Assembly: GCA_963701095.1 (NCBI GenBank)
Contig: OY969564.1
Span: 1,056,001 to 1,120,000 of the forward strand
DNA from: an uncultured Methanoregulaceae archaeon
Lineage (GTDB): Archaea > Halobacteriota > Methanomicrobia > Methanomicrobiales > Methanospirillaceae
DNA: 64,000 bases
Reading direction: 5' to 3'
Positions within the stretch are counted from its first letter, which is position 1. Each line of letters starts with the position of its first letter. The position numbers and the translations under genes are program-made. A model generated the notes under the pieces. The model saw only the letters and a list, made by a program, of their open reading frames with translations, was not told where the DNA came from and did no database searches. Below are positions 20,032 to 31,706 of the stretch, one piece after another.

Positions 20032-22263
20032 ATGAAAAACATCAACCATCCCCTCATCCGCCCTGAAAGCATCGAGTCGCGGGAATACCAGCTTGCAATA
20101 GCGATGAAGGCGCTCGACGCAAACACGATGGTTATCCTTCCGACAGGGCTTGGGAAAACCGCCATCGCCCTTCTGGTCGCTGCATCCCGGCTCTATAACG
20201 AAGGGGGCCGGATACTGATGCTTGCCCCGACAAAGCCGCTGGTGGAACAGCATCTCCGTTTTTTCGAAAAGTTCCTGGTTGCACAAAGTCCCCGGGAACC
20301 GGATTTACCGCCGTTTGCCATGTTCACCGGCGATGCCCCGCCAGCTGAACGCACTGCTGACTGGGAACGATCGCAGGTCATTTTTGCAACCCCACAGGTC
20401 GTGAAAAATGACCTCATTGCGGGCCGCTATACCTTAAAAGATGTCACCCTCCTCATTGTCGATGAATGCCACCGGGCAACCGGCAATTATGCCTACGTTT
20501 TTCTTGCCCGGCGGTATCATGACACAGCCGATAAACCCCTGGTTCTCGCCATGACCGCATCACCGGGAGGTTCACCGGAGAAAGTCGAGGAAGTGTGCCA
20601 AAACCTCGGGATTGCCCATGTAGAAAACAGGATGGAAAGTGACCCTGATGTCAGCCCGTACGTCCACGAACGGGATATTGAAATCATCCAGATCGATCTT
20701 CCGGTCGAACTCAAAAAAGTCATCCACGCAATCCAGAACCTGATTGACGACCGGCTGGCACTCCTTACCTCGCTTGGCTTTGTTGTCCCGAAACGGGACC
20801 GGCTATCGATGAAGGAACTCACTGGCATCAATGCCCAGATCCAGCAGAAGATCCAGAGCCGTGATCCTCATGGTTATGCAGCAGCCTCGGTCTATGCAGA
20901 ATGCATGAAACTCAAACATGCCATAACACTCGCCGAATCACAGGGGAGCGAAGTATTCCGGGGCTATATCGCAAAGCTGGTCGCGGAGGGACAGGGACCA
21001 GGAGGGAGTAAAGCCAGCCAGAGACTGTGCAATGATACGGCGTTTCGCGAGATTTATATCCAGACAAAAACCTGGTCCGGGGAAATCCACCCGAAACCTT
21101 CGGTCATTCTTGGTATTGTCAGGGACCAGCTCGCATCCCATCCCGACAGCCGCATTATCATCTTTGCAACATTCCGGGACACTGTGCAGCTGCTTGTAGA
21201 TTACCTCACCGCAAACGGGATCTCGTGTGAACGCTTTGTGGGACAGGCTACAAAAGACGCAGAGAAAGGTCTTTCCCAGAAAAAGCAGATCGCTGCACTG
21301 TCCCGGTTCAGGGATGGGGAGTTTAAAGTCCTGATCGCAACGTCTGTCGGGGAAGAGGGCCTTGATGTACCTTCCACCGACCTTGTGATCTTTTATGAGC
21401 CCGTCCCTTCAGAAATCCGGTCCATCCAGCGTAAAGGAAGAACAGGCCGGTCTGCCGCGGGAAAGGTTGTGGTCCTTGCAACAAAAGGCACTTCAGACGA
21501 TGTTTTCCGGTTCGTGAGTCAGTCCAAGGAAAAAAGGATGCAGAAGAACATGCAGGCATTGAGCAGGACTGCACTCCCCCAGCAGGTTCCCGAAGGCCAG
21601 GCACTCATCGAAGCATTCACCCCGCAGGGCCCGGCAATCCGGATCGATGACCGCGAAACGTCCTCGAAGGTTGTCGAGGAACTCTCTTCGATGGGAGCGG
21701 CAATCAGGCTCGAACGCCTGCCCCAGGGAGACTACGCAATCGGGGACCGGATCCTGGTGGAACGGAAAACTGCCCGTGATTTTGTCGATACCCTCATCAA
21801 CCGGGACCTTCTTGGCCAGGCTAAGGCACTTGCCGAAGCCGTTCCCCGTCCGGTCATGGTAATCGAAGGCGGCGATATCTATACAGAAAGAAACATCGAA
21901 CCAAACGCTCTCCGCGGTGTGCTTTCGGCACTGGCTATCGACATGGGCATTTCAGTCCTCTTTACCCGGGATGAACAGGAGACCGCCCGGATGCTCTTTG
22001 TTATTGCCCGACGGGAAGAAGGAGAACGCGGTGAACGGAAATTCCATCCCCGTAAATCCTTTAAATCCATAAAAGACGAGCAGGAGTATATCGTCTCCGC
22101 TTTCCCGGATATTGGCATGAAAAATGCCCGGGTTCTCCTGGCACATTTTGGTTCGGTTCAGGCTGTTGCAAATGCCGGTCTTGAAGATCTTGCATCCGTG
22201 AAAGGTATCGGGGAGAAAACAGCGCAAAAAGTGTTTGAGATCTGCCGCCGGCCTTACAGCTGA
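20032..22263 (+). CDS. hef: Hef/FANCM-like SF2 helicase - ERCC4 nuclease
   Basis: PTGLGKT, DECH, QRKGRTGR, GDY...VERK nuclease motif, HhH tail. Confidence 0.93.
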   Translation: MKNINHPLIRPESIESREYQLAIAMKALDANTMVILPTGLGKTAIALLVAASRLYNEGGRILMLAPTKPLVEQHLRFFEKFLVAQSPREPDLPPFAMFTGDAPPAERTADWERSQVIFATPQVVKNDLIAGRYTLKDVTLLIVDECHRATGNYAYVFLARRYHDTADKPLVLAMTASPGGSPEKVEEVCQNLGIAHVENRMESDPDVSPYVHERDIEIIQIDLPVELKKVIHAIQNLIDDRLALLTSLGFVVPKRDRLSMKELTGINAQIQQKIQSRDPHGYAAASVYAECMKLKHAITLAESQGSEVFRGYIAKLVAEGQGPGGSKASQRLCNDTAFREIYIQTKTWSGEIHPKPSVILGIVRDQLASHPDSRIIIFATFRDTVQLLVDYLTANGISCERFVGQATKDAEKGLSQKKQIAALSRFRDGEFKVLIATSVGEEGLDVPSTDLVIFYEPVPSEIRSIQRKGRTGRSAAGKVVVLATKGTSDDVFRFVSQSKEKRMQKNMQALSRTALPQQVPEGQALIEAFTPQGPAIRIDDRETSSKVVEELSSMGAAIRLERLPQGDYAIGDRILVERKTARDFVDTLINRDLLGQAKALAEAVPRPVMVIEGGDIYTERNIEPNALRGVLSALAIDMGISVLFTRDEQETARMLFVIARREEGERGERKFHPRKSFKSIKDEQEYIVSAFPDIGMKNARVLLAHFGSVQAVANAGLEDLASVKGIGEKTAQKVFEICRRPYS

Positions 22264-22648
22264 CGCAGATTCAGAAGCGCTTCCGTACCGATCTTTACGG
22301 CATCCATAAACGCAAGACAATTATCAGGATCGCCGTCGTTTTTAATCCGTTGGCACAGGACAACAATCGTGCCGGACAGTTCTTTGGACAGCATCTCCGC
22401 TTCCGGCGTGAGCGAGGTAGACCGGTGTGCGGCTTCTTCTGCTACCGGTGAAGCCTTCTTTGCCGGGGCAGCTGCCGGGGGAAGAGGCGCTGTCTCGATA
22501 CCGGTTTTTTTTCGGCACAGACAACACAGAAGGTTTTTTTCTTGTATTCAAAAAGCGGGCAGCCGCAGGTGGGACAGGCCTTATCAAGCATTTTCCCGCC
22601 TTTGAGGAGGTACTCAGCCATTATCTCGTCGTCTTTTCTTTCGGGCAT
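22254..22648 (-). CDS. UPF0148 (Sjogren/scleroderma autoantigen-1 family) zinc-finger protein, one frameshift
   Basis: [20 protein letters not shown]...CVVC; frame shifts in a T run near 22505. Confidence 0.8.
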
Positions 22649-22725
22649 ATGTCACCGTCTGGTTAATATTCAAACTATATATGCGAGTTCTACGTATTAA
22701 CTACAGGTACGCGGTAGGTGATACC

Positions 22726-22989
22726 ATGCCAAATCCCGAAAAAACAATGGAAAACTGTATCTTGATGCTGCAGCACATTCAGGAGGACAGCACCATCCCA
22801 AGGAACATCCGGCGCGTAGCCGATGAGACCCGGGCCCTGCTCTCCAACAATACGAAGGCTATGGGCCTGCGCGCTGCGGAAGCAATCTCAAAAATCGACG
22901 AAATCTCAAACGATCCCAACATGCCCATCCATGCACGGACCCGGATATGGGAACTGGTATCCCAGCTCGAGACCATACCGCTTGATTAA
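22726..22989 (+). CDS. UPF0147 family protein
   Basis: [10 protein letters not shown]...[18 protein letters not shown]. Confidence 0.9.
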   Translation: MPNPEKTMENCILMLQHIQEDSTIPRNIRRVADETRALLSNNTKAMGLRAAEAISKIDEISNDPNMPIHARTRIWELVSQLETIPLD

Positions 22990-23140
22990 ACCGGCACCTG
23001 TTTTCTTCTTTATTCTCTTTTTTCACGGTTTGCGGCTTTTCGTAGACTATCAATGATTGGCTCTGATGTAAGGTCACATAAAGAGCGGTCTGGCATTCAG
23101 GTGTTTTTACCAGAAGAAAAAGGGTTGAGGAAAAGAAAAA

Positions 23141-23698
23141 TCAGGCAGTGGAACAGGCGCGAATTGAATAACCAAGAACAATCCCGGCAATGCCGTACAA
23201 GGCCAGTATTGCCCCGACCCAGATAACAACTAAGGCTACCCCGAACAGGGGGAAGACAGAAATCAATAACCCAATGATAATGGCAAGGACACCCTGCAGG
23301 GCAAAGAGACCCCGGTGAACGATATGCGGTTCACTAAAGGCGAGTACGATGCCGATAAGACCTCCCAGAAAGAGGGAAATGCCCACGATCATAACGATTA
23401 CCTGGCCCATGATGATGGGATGGATGACCGTTGCAATACCAAAGAAGAAACCAAGGATCCCGAGGATGGCAAGAAGCACAGACTCTTTCCAGCCACCCGG
23501 GGCAAGTGCCGAGAACACGAGCGCGGAAAAGGCGGTAAGGATGATCAGGATCCCGATAAGTTCAACCAGTACCGCTGCTGACACCAGCGGGAACAGGATG
23601 ATAAGGAGTCCAAATATCAGCGAGACTACACCAAGGAGGACAAGTGCTCCCCACTTGACCATGGTGACATTTTCAACAGGAAGTGCATTTTCAGCCAT
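23141..23698 (-). CDS. HdeD/DUF308 membrane protein
   Basis: Six TM helices with repeated G..(S)LI.GL.....P units. Confidence 0.8.
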   Translation of the reverse strand: MAENALPVENVTMVKWGALVLLGVVSLIFGLLIILFPLVSAAVLVELIGILIILTAFSALVFSALAPGGWKESVLLAILGILGFFFGIATVIHPIIMGQVIVMIVGISLFLGGLIGIVLAFSEPHIVHRGLFALQGVLAIIIGLLISVFPLFGVALVVIWVGAILALYGIAGIVLGYSIRACSTA

Positions 23699-23796
23699 AT
23701 GTAACAATAATCGTGTTCCGCCGTATGGGCGGATAAAGGTTATTAAATGCGTTTCTCCGGAAAATTTATTATAATTAAACACGACATCCCCCTAGT

Positions 23797-24039
23797 ATGA
23801 TGACTACAGAGGAGAGGGATGCAAAAATCGATAAACTCATCAGGAAACTCAAAGAGAATAAAAACTACACGTTTAAGCCCGGTATTCTTAAGGCCATTGA
23901 GAGGCTGAAGAAAGAGCCACGCTACAATCACGATCCGAATTTTGTTCCTATGATCAAAGATATGCTCCTGGAGGGATACCCGCCGGACTTTGCTGAAGGA
24001 AGCGAACTTGTCGAATATATTGATGAGGGGGAAGAATAG
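23797..24039 (+). CDS. Small hypothetical protein
   Basis: 80-aa charged ORF downstream of a TATA-like AT tract. Confidence 0.5.
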   Translation: MMTTEERDAKIDKLIRKLKENKNYTFKPGILKAIERLKKEPRYNHDPNFVPMIKDMLLEGYPPDFAEGSELVEYIDEGEE

Positions 24040-24134
24040 GGAATACCGCGATCCGGTTTATCGGAATAATCATATAATAAAAGGATGAAAATGCCTGTCG
24101 TTGATAATCCCCTCCTGAACAGGAAAGATATACT

Positions 24135-24647
24135 ATGACAAAAGAGGTTCCTCTTACAGATATACCATCTCAGATAGATAACGAAATAACAGAAATATCC
24201 CAGAGAATCATGGTGGAGCTCGAGACTGCGAGTTCCAAGGATTTATCGGAAGTCAGGTATGCAAAAAAGATATTACAATTATCAGATCTTAATTATACAA
24301 AAAACATATTTTACGAGATAGAGAGTGTTCCGACCGGTGCAGAACGCGTTATCGAAAAAAGAGCGGTAATCAAGGCATTGTTGCTTTCCACGTGGTTGCA
24401 GAGACTCTATTTTATAATCAGGTCCGCTCTTATGTCGCTTCTGGCAATGTTTGTTACATTCATTTACGTGTCGTTTTTTGGCCAGATAGGCGTCCTTCTG
24501 GCAGTTGTCATGGGCGTGCTGATTTTTATCATCGGGTTGATGGTAACACGATTATTTGATCCACAAATCGTCCAGGTAACAAAATATATTGTAAAACGCC
24601 TGGCTGAACATAAAGATATCAGGGATTTTATCATGAATCACCTCTAG
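24135..24647 (+). CDS. Hypothetical membrane protein (2 TM)
   Basis: C-terminal hydrophobic hairpin. Confidence 0.6.
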   Translation: MTKEVPLTDIPSQIDNEITEISQRIMVELETASSKDLSEVRYAKKILQLSDLNYTKNIFYEIESVPTGAERVIEKRAVIKALLLSTWLQRLYFIIRSALMSLLAMFVTFIYVSFFGQIGVLLAVVMGVLIFIIGLMVTRLFDPQIVQVTKYIVKRLAEHKDIRDFIMNHL

Positions 24648-24706
24648 GGATCCCCGACATTTTATTCGGCGGTACTATATAAACAAATCAGGTAAATGTC
24701 AAAGAG

Positions 24707-25252
24707 ATGCATTTTCATCAATTATTTCAACAAATTTCTCCGGAAGAGATAGGCGACAATGTATTTACGTTGGTAGGAAAAGTTTTTCCGGTTATTACTG
24801 CAGGAAAGAAAGATCATTATAATTCCATGACAGCCAGCGGAGGTGGTCTGGGACTTCTCTTCAGGAAACCCACTACGTGGTGTATCCTTCGGGCAGACCG
24901 TTATACGCTTGAACTGATCCAAAAAGAGCAGATCTATACGATGTCTTACTTCCCGGATGAATACAAGAAACAGGTACTCTTTTTGGGTAGTAAATCGGGG
25001 AGAGACAGCCAGAAAATGAAAGAAGTTGCATTGACCGGTATCCAGACTCCTTCCGGAGATATGACGTTCAAAGAAGCCAGACTCATTTTCGAATGTACAT
25101 TAACGCAAATTACTACCCCCGGTCCCCAGGATTTTTACACACAGGAAGCCCGGGACTACATAAACGAAGCATACAACGAAGCACACGAGTATCGCAAATA
25201 TGTGTTTGGGGAAATCACCCATGTCTGGGTGACAGCGGCGGATCTCCCGTAA
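24707..25252 (+). CDS. Flavin reductase-like FMN-binding protein
   Basis: ITAG...NSMTAS.GG.G, RYTLE, LGSKSGRD..K, FGEI. Confidence 0.8.
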   Translation: MHFHQLFQQISPEEIGDNVFTLVGKVFPVITAGKKDHYNSMTASGGGLGLLFRKPTTWCILRADRYTLELIQKEQIYTMSYFPDEYKKQVLFLGSKSGRDSQKMKEVALTGIQTPSGDMTFKEARLIFECTLTQITTPGPQDFYTQEARDYINEAYNEAHEYRKYVFGEITHVWVTAADLP

Positions 25253-25299
25253 AATTCAGGAAAGGTGTTTGATATAAGGGCATCCCAAAAACACGATTT

Positions 25300-25686
25300 T
25301 TAGTCAATCCTGATTTTTATGATATCATGATCGACGGAAACCTCATATGTCCTGAGATCATGGGTTTTGACCATATCCATAATCCCGCCACTCTTTGTTG
25401 TAGACATCACTGCATGAGCAACTCCGCCAAGATGGCCTTCTTTGAGCGTCTTTCCCGTAGTGACGTCGAATCTGGCGTGATGAAGGGGACATTCGACAAC
25501 GGTACCCTGTAATGTACCCATCGAGAGGGGACCATTCATATGTCCACACCGGTTATCCGTGGCATAGATTTTACCCTCCACATTTACGAGGAGAATTTCC
25601 CGGCCCTGAACCTCTACGTACTTCATGGAGCCCGGTGGCACATCTGATATTTGAGCTGCATCTGCAAACGGCATGGTATCGCTCAC
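25300..25686 (-). CDS. Rieske [2Fe-2S] ferredoxin
   Basis: CGH...CPLH ligand motifs, FDVTTG. Confidence 0.88.
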   Translation of the reverse strand: MSDTMPFADAAQISDVPPGSMKYVEVQGREILLVNVEGKIYATDNRCGHMNGPLSMGTLQGTVVECPLHHARFDVTTGKTLKEGHLGGVAHAVMSTTKSGGIMDMVKTHDLRTYEVSVDHDIIKIRID

Positions 25687-25746
25687 AGGGGATAGTCATC
25701 GGTACAGGGATATAAGGTTTGACGTATGTACCACGAAAATAATCTC

Positions 25747-26190
25747 CTATCCTTTCACGACAAGCACGTTCCCGTGTGCGGCCCGCACTACTTCGTCGGC
25801 GACACTGCCAAGAAGAAGGCGTTCGAACCCCCCTTTCCCCCGGGAACCAATCACGATAAGGTCTGCTTTTTTTTCAGTCGCGAACCGTATGATTTCAGGT
25901 GCCGGTTTCCCTTCGCGGACCACAATGGTAACCGGGACATCACCTGCTATGGCCCGGACGCGATCAGAAGCCTGCTTCGCCTCATCGTCGAGATCCATGA
26001 TGACATCAGGTATTCCCGGGCCGGCTAAAGCCGTGCTGTACTGGATTGGCGAGGACAGGCCCGTATCGATGACATAGATTGCCCAGACTTTTGATCCGTA
26101 TGCACGGGCGATATTCAGTCCCACTTCAATGGCTTCCTTGTTCTTCGCCGAGCCATCCGTGGCGATCAGGATCGATTCAAATAGTTTCAT
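25747..26190 (-). CDS. Universal stress protein
   Basis: ILIATDGS...ADLIVIGSRG...LLGSVADEVVR. Confidence 0.92.
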   Translation of the reverse strand: MKLFESILIATDGSAKNKEAIEVGLNIARAYGSKVWAIYVIDTGLSSPIQYSTALAGPGIPDVIMDLDDEAKQASDRVRAIAGDVPVTIVVREGKPAPEIIRFATEKKADLIVIGSRGKGGFERLLLGSVADEVVRAAHGNVLVVKG

Positions 26191-26230
26191 GATATCATCT
26201 CCCATTTCCTCCTTCATGCTGACAGTATCT

Positions 26231-28012
26231 TTACCCCTGTTTTTTGTTCTCCGGTCCTGCTGAACCGGTCACCGGAAGATCTGCTCTTTTGATCTCGTTT
26301 GACTCATGCACGTACCGGGGCCCCCGAAGTGCCGAGAGAAGTGCTGCGACAGCCGCGAGTGCCGCGCCGACGTAGAACGAGAACCGCAGTGACGACATAA
26401 ACACCTGGGCGAGCGTTGTCGGGAACCAGGTAGTGCCGGTCAGTGTCGTGATAGTCTGCACCGGAACAGTCGCAACGACCGCCGGCGCTAACCCTGTAAG
26501 GACGCTCTGTACCGGGTTTATCCCGAGAAACGCGGCAAAAAGCATACCGGTCGGGGGGATTGCCGACATGGCGGCGACCAGCCCACCGGCTCCGGCGGTT
26601 GTCAGTGCTGTGGCAAGGACTGGCGGAAAATCCCGGGTGAGGTTTACCACAACGATGGTAAAGAACATCCCCATACTCATGACAAAACCGGTATTCATAA
26701 GAGTCGAAACCATCCCGGATGCGACCCCGCGGTCTTCCCGGGGTACAGAGTTCATAATTGCCGTCGTATTGGGCGCAGCAAACATGCCGTTACCGCATCC
26801 CATAATAAAGAGTGCGACACCGAGGACCGGGTAATCAAAGTTGTATGGCAGTGAAGCTAGGATCAAAAACGCGATCACGATCAGGATCATCCCGATGGTA
26901 CTAATCCAGCGGGCACCGTACTTGTCCGAGAGCCAGCCGGAAAAAGGTCCAAAGATCACAAAACCAACCGTGAGCGGGAGCATGAAGACCCCTGCCCAGA
27001 ACGGTGTCGACTCAAAACTGTAGCCATGGAGCGGCAGCCAGATCCCCTGGAGGAGTATGATGAGTAAAAGCATCACGCCACCCCGTGCAATTGAGCTCAG
27101 GAACCCGGCAGTGTTCCCGTAGACAAACATACGGATTTTAAAAAGGCCCATGTTAAACATCGGATCTTTTACCCGGCTCTCAATAACAGGAAACACTGCA
27201 AGGAGGAAGAGGCCGATGACAATGGTGGTAATCACAAACGGGTCGCGCCACCCCATCGGATCGTTCCCATACGGGATCAATGCGTAGGTAATCCCGATAA
27301 GCAAAAGGGTGAGCCCGCCGGTGAAAGTGATGTTTCCCAGCAGATCAATCTTTGCAACCTTTTTTACCGTCGCAGTCTCCCGCAGTTTTGCAAAGGACCA
27401 GATGGTCCCGAAAACCCCGAACGGGACGCTGATCAAAAAGACATACCGCCAGTTGAAGATCGCAAGAATTCCGCCGATTAAGAGGCCGATGAACTGCCCC
27501 GAGAGACCTGCTATCTGGTTGATACCGAGCGCTTTTCCCCGCTCGTCCACCGGAAAGGCATCCGTGATGATAGCAGCACTGTTGGAGAAGATGAACGCCG
27601 CGCCGACCCCCTGGATAAGCCGGAAGAAAATCAATTCAAGAGCACCAGCACTGCCCGTGCTCGGCGTGAGGAAAAGGAGGATGGACCCGACCGTGAATAT
27701 CGCAAACCCGATGTTGTATAACCGCACCCGGCCGAACATGTCGGAGAGACGCCCACATGTCAGTAAAAGGGTTGCCGTGACGACCCCGTAGATCATCAAA
27801 ACCCAGAGAAGGTACTGGAACGACGTGAGCGGGTCGATGTGGATCCCGTTGAATATGGCAGGCAGCGAGATCAGGATGATACTCTCGTTTACCATGGCCA
27901 TAAACATGGCAATCGTTGTATTCGAAAGGGCTACCCATTTGTAGTGAGGATCCTGGACCGGAGTATTTACAACAGCAGGGTTGTGTTGCGGGGTCGTTTC
28001 CATAGGGTGCAT
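26231..28012 (-). CDS. MFS transporter (DHA2/EmrB-like)
   Basis: GRLSDMFGR motif A, ~14 TM helices. Confidence 0.9.
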   Translation of the reverse strand: MHPMETTPQHNPAVVNTPVQDPHYKWVALSNTTIAMFMAMVNESIILISLPAIFNGIHIDPLTSFQYLLWVLMIYGVVTATLLLTCGRLSDMFGRVRLYNIGFAIFTVGSILLFLTPSTGSAGALELIFFRLIQGVGAAFIFSNSAAIITDAFPVDERGKALGINQIAGLSGQFIGLLIGGILAIFNWRYVFLISVPFGVFGTIWSFAKLRETATVKKVAKIDLLGNITFTGGLTLLLIGITYALIPYGNDPMGWRDPFVITTIVIGLFLLAVFPVIESRVKDPMFNMGLFKIRMFVYGNTAGFLSSIARGGVMLLLIILLQGIWLPLHGYSFESTPFWAGVFMLPLTVGFVIFGPFSGWLSDKYGARWISTIGMILIVIAFLILASLPYNFDYPVLGVALFIMGCGNGMFAAPNTTAIMNSVPREDRGVASGMVSTLMNTGFVMSMGMFFTIVVVNLTRDFPPVLATALTTAGAGGLVAAMSAIPPTGMLFAAFLGINPVQSVLTGLAPAVVATVPVQTITTLTGTTWFPTTLAQVFMSSLRFSFYVGAALAAVAALLSALRGPRYVHESNEIKRADLPVTGSAGPENKKQG

Positions 28013-28185
28013 AAGTGTTTTGTCCGGAATATAAAATGGATTGGGGTTGATCGTTTTTTGTCTCTCCCAAAAAAAGAGTTCCTCACCTATCTGACCTTGT
28101 CTGTTTTTCTCTGCAGATCACATTTCGCTGGTAAAGCAGGATTTGTTTTTAAAGGGGATTGATTTATAGTGATGCAGGGAATGCA

Positions 28186-29042
28186 ATGGAGATTACACCG
28201 CACATTCATGCTGTCATGGTCCCGTTGGGACCGACGCCGGACCATTTTGTGTATGTTTACCTTGTCTATGGAGAACACATCACGCTGATCGATACCGGGT
28301 TCAACGGATCTGAGAATCTTATCTATGAATATATTCGGTCTACAGACAGGAATCCCGCCGATATTGAACTGTTAATCCTGACCCATTCGCACCCGGACCA
28401 TATCGGGGCTGCACAGGCGATCCGCGACCTGACCAGCTGCGAGGTAGCCGCACACTTCCTGGATGTCCCGGCGATCGAGCATATTGATCCGATGCTGCAA
28501 AAAAGCCCGGCGCCGGGGTTCCGCCGATGGTAGGCGGGCCGGTCCCGATCGGGCGGCACCTTCAGGACGGGAACACCATAATTCTCGGTACAGGACTCAC
28601 GTTCGAGGTTATTCATACACCCGGCCATACACCAGGATCCATTTCCCTGCTCCTCCGGGAGGAAATGGCCCTTTTCACCGGGGACACGGTCCAGTCTCCA
28701 AAACGTGTACCCATCTACACAGACCCGGTCGCACTGGTGCGGTCGCTCCGGAGGCTGGACGCAATCCAGGGAGTCACGTACTACCTTCCCTCTCATGACA
28801 TACCCTCCAGTGGCGACCTGACGCACTTTTGTATCGCAGATTCACTCAACTATATCCGTCGCGTCCACGCCGCTGTAGAAAAAGCAGCGTCAGCATACCC
28901 GGTGAGCCCGGACCCAAAGGTTCTTGCCGGTCAGGTTCTTGCCGAGCTTGGGATCCCCACTACGGCCCTGCCGTTCATAACCAGGACCATCCACGCCGAC
29001 ATAACAGCTGATCGTCTCGATGAAGTACTGGATGAGGAATAA
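28186..29042 (+). CDS. Metallo-beta-lactamase-fold hydrolase, one frameshift (~28525)
   Basis: LIDTG, THSHPDHIG, HTPGHTPG, FTGD, PSH across two ORFs. Confidence 0.85.
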
Positions 29043-29170
29043 CCGGGGATCACCATTTCAAACCGTTGCCTGACGCCATCGTCGTCGAGCCGGCGGAATA
29101 ATCCTTTTTTCAGGGGATACTAAAAAAAGAGGTTTTTTGGCTGTTCTCTTCCGCGCAGGGAATACCGGGA

Positions 29171-29668
29171 TTACGAGATTGCGTGGGAGACGGAGGGGAT
29201 GTCGATCTGGTTATAGTAGGTGGCCTGGTAGCCGTCAGGGAATACAATGGTCGTTGTCTGGGGAGCAAAATTTGCTGAGATAAGCGAGGCATACCACTGG
29301 TTCTGTATATCTTTCTGGGCGTTCGCAAACGAGAACGACGGTGTAGTTATAGTGGTTGCTTTCCCGGATTGTGCGGTGGAGGCAAAGGAAGAGATGATCA
29401 CATCTGCCGAGGACGTGTCAGCGCTGACTACGGTTACCGGCCGGTTAAGGTTTCCCTGAAGCGCATTCTGGAGATCCGTGCCGGGGTTTGTGACATGGAC
29501 ATAGATCGCTGCCTGTTCGATAAACGAGAGGTCATATTGCATAACCGCTTCTGCATCCCCGTTATTGTTCAAGGTAATGGTAAGGGTCTTTGCAGTGAAT
29601 GCCTGCACCGGCATGACTGCTAACAAGACGATGAGGAGGCAGCCTAAGATAAGTAAACTTGATTTCAT
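29171..29668 (-). CDS. Secreted hypothetical protein
   Basis: Signal peptide ending VQA. Confidence 0.7.
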   Translation of the reverse strand: MKSSLLILGCLLIVLLAVMPVQAFTAKTLTITLNNNGDAEAVMQYDLSFIEQAAIYVHVTNPGTDLQNALQGNLNRPVTVVSADTSSADVIISSFASTAQSGKATTITTPSFSFANAQKDIQNQWYASLISANFAPQTTTIVFPDGYQATYYNQIDIPSVSHAIS

Positions 29669-29754
29669 AATATGTCAAGTAAACATTACATTTGCAGGTA
29701 TAAAGGGTTGTTGAACCGGGCGGTTAGATCAATGAGCCTGTTAAACCGCCGTAG

Positions 29755-30719
29755 TTATAACGATTCGGCGATCTTTACCAGCTCGTCAAAGTGCCGGCTC
29801 TTCTTGAAAAGCCACCAGGTAAACCGCTCGACAACAGTAAACGAGAAACTTCCTCCCGCCGCATTGGGGTGACCGCCGCCGCCAAACGACCGGGCGATTA
29901 CATGGCTGATGGGGGGACCGACCGGATCGAGAACTTGCCGTCTTTTGATATAATGACCTCGATGTCGGTCTTCTTGGTGTTTCGGATAAAATGCGCAGTT
30001 TCGCTGGGGTACCCGTACAGCGGGGCAAAAACGATACGGTACTTGGTTCCCCGGAAGGTGGCGTGGGAAAGGCTTTTTTCCATCATGGCACCCATTTCCG
30101 CTTTTATCTCTGCATATTCGGTTTCGATGAGATTATCGGAAAAGATCCCTTCAATGAGGCAGTCCCGGACATGATCCCGGTTTTTCTTTCTCTGGAGTAC
30201 CAGGCCAAGGACTGCCGAACGCGGATCGGCATGTTTCCAGAGATCGTAATCGCAGACAACGCGGGCGACCTCGGTTGCGACCGGGTTTTCCGGCGCGAGG
30301 TCCCGTGCGACTATACCAGTTGCGCAGACACTGGTATCAATGTGGAGGAGGGAGACTTCGTTTTGGATCTCTGCGACTTCTTCATCCCGCCACCGGTGAT
30401 GGTCCCGCCATTCGATGACCCAGCCGTTGGACTTTGCCTTCTTTACAACGGCTTTGATATCCCGCTGATGTCCGAGATCAGAAATCGAAAGAAGGTCACC
30501 TTTCCCGGGGCATGACGCGATAGCGGCGAAAAGACGCGTGAATTTTCCCACGGAACTCCAGACGGTAAATACACCGTCTTTTCCAAACTTCATCCGGTGG
30601 ATAGCGTCTGCGCCGACTGCATCGAGATCATTATGCGTCAGGTGGACGACATGGGCTGTCCGCGAGGCTACAGCACGGGAAAGACCGGTATCTTCATCTG
30701 ACGCAGGGGGGCGTGTCAT
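29755..30719 (-). CDS. DHH/DHHA1 phosphoesterase, one frameshift (~29900)
   Basis: THNDLDA, DHH, and in the shifted frame GGGHPNAAGG. Confidence 0.88.
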
Positions 30720-30824
30720 TTTGTAGTACTGGCATTGCGGGACATAAATAGGAGATGTCAGGGTACCGTTCCCTCTGCTTATGCGTATTATTTATTAATC
30801 CCCAGTGCCAACAATTGTACTCCT

Positions 30825-30898
30825 GCCCTAGTAGCTCAGACTGGGAGAGCGCCAGACTGAAGATCTGGTTGTCCCCGGTTCAAATCCGGGCTGGGGCA
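30825..30898 (+). tRNA. tRNA-Phe(GAA)
   Basis: GCCCTAG acceptor / CTGGGGC-A; anticodon arm CCAGA-CTGAAGA-TCTGG; T-arm GGTTCAAATCC. Confidence 0.97.
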
Positions 30899-30900
30899 TT
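30887..30900 (+). repeat. attL core CGGGCTGGGGCATT
   Basis: 3' end of tRNA-Phe, identical to 43057-43070. Confidence 0.88.
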
Positions 30901-31354
30901 CGGACAAAGGGTTACATTCTAATTCTAATTTCGGGCTTAATTTGCCCGTATTTTCCCTTTGGCTTTTACGCATAAAAACTGATCTCTGATATTCCGCTCA
31001 TCGTCGAGCGGGTCATTTTCCTATGATGAGTGCGAAAGATCCTATATGCCTCAAAACAGGGGTTCTTTTCATACGCCACATACTTTTACCCATCGATGGG
31101 AACTTTTGCCAATAGAACGCGATGGCGAACCTTCTCTCTATATTCCATGGGTATCCTGATGGCACGGGCCTAATGGTTTGCCGGAACAGCCGGTCCCCGC
31201 GTGGTTGGTGTTCCGGGAGGGTTTGCTGTATACGGACTGAACGGTCTAAACAGTGTGAACAACCGTTTTCAGAAGTGAACGAATCGGAAAATAGGCCGGG
31301 CTGGATACCTTTATTGGCTCGGAAAAATAATTGCCCCATAACGAAGATGAGAGA

Positions 31355-31591
31355 ATGAGCCTTGTTTCCTTTTGCGGGAAGGTAGCGGCGGGAGTCTCTG
31401 TTCTAATTGTGCTCGCAGTTATTGGCCTACTGGTCCTTGCCGTGGTCCTGATAGGTGTTGGAGCTTATGAATCGGCAACAAACCCTCACATCACCCAGCA
31501 GACAGCGCAGGAGTACCAGCAATTACAGGAGAATATCAGCCATGCGCGGGCAGGGATCTCCGGTGCTGTGGGTAATGTGACGGGGGGTTGA
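31355..31591 (+). CDS. Small single-TM protein
   Basis: Hydrophobic N-terminal helix, 78 aa. Confidence 0.55.
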   Translation: MSLVSFCGKVAAGVSVLIVLAVIGLLVLAVVLIGVGAYESATNPHITQQTAQEYQQLQENISHARAGISGAVGNVTGG

Positions 31592-31706
31592 ATCGGTTCA
31601 CGATTCTAATAAGTTGATGGTTAGTATGGAATTGTTAATGTTGTAAAAAATCGGTTACCAAACGCTTTCTTATCAGACTCGTATATTTCAAAAACATCGC
31701 GATCAT

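Noticed and set aside
31013..31358. Overlapping short ORFs at the left end of the element
   Set aside because: No motifs, RBS or coherent composition to support either strand
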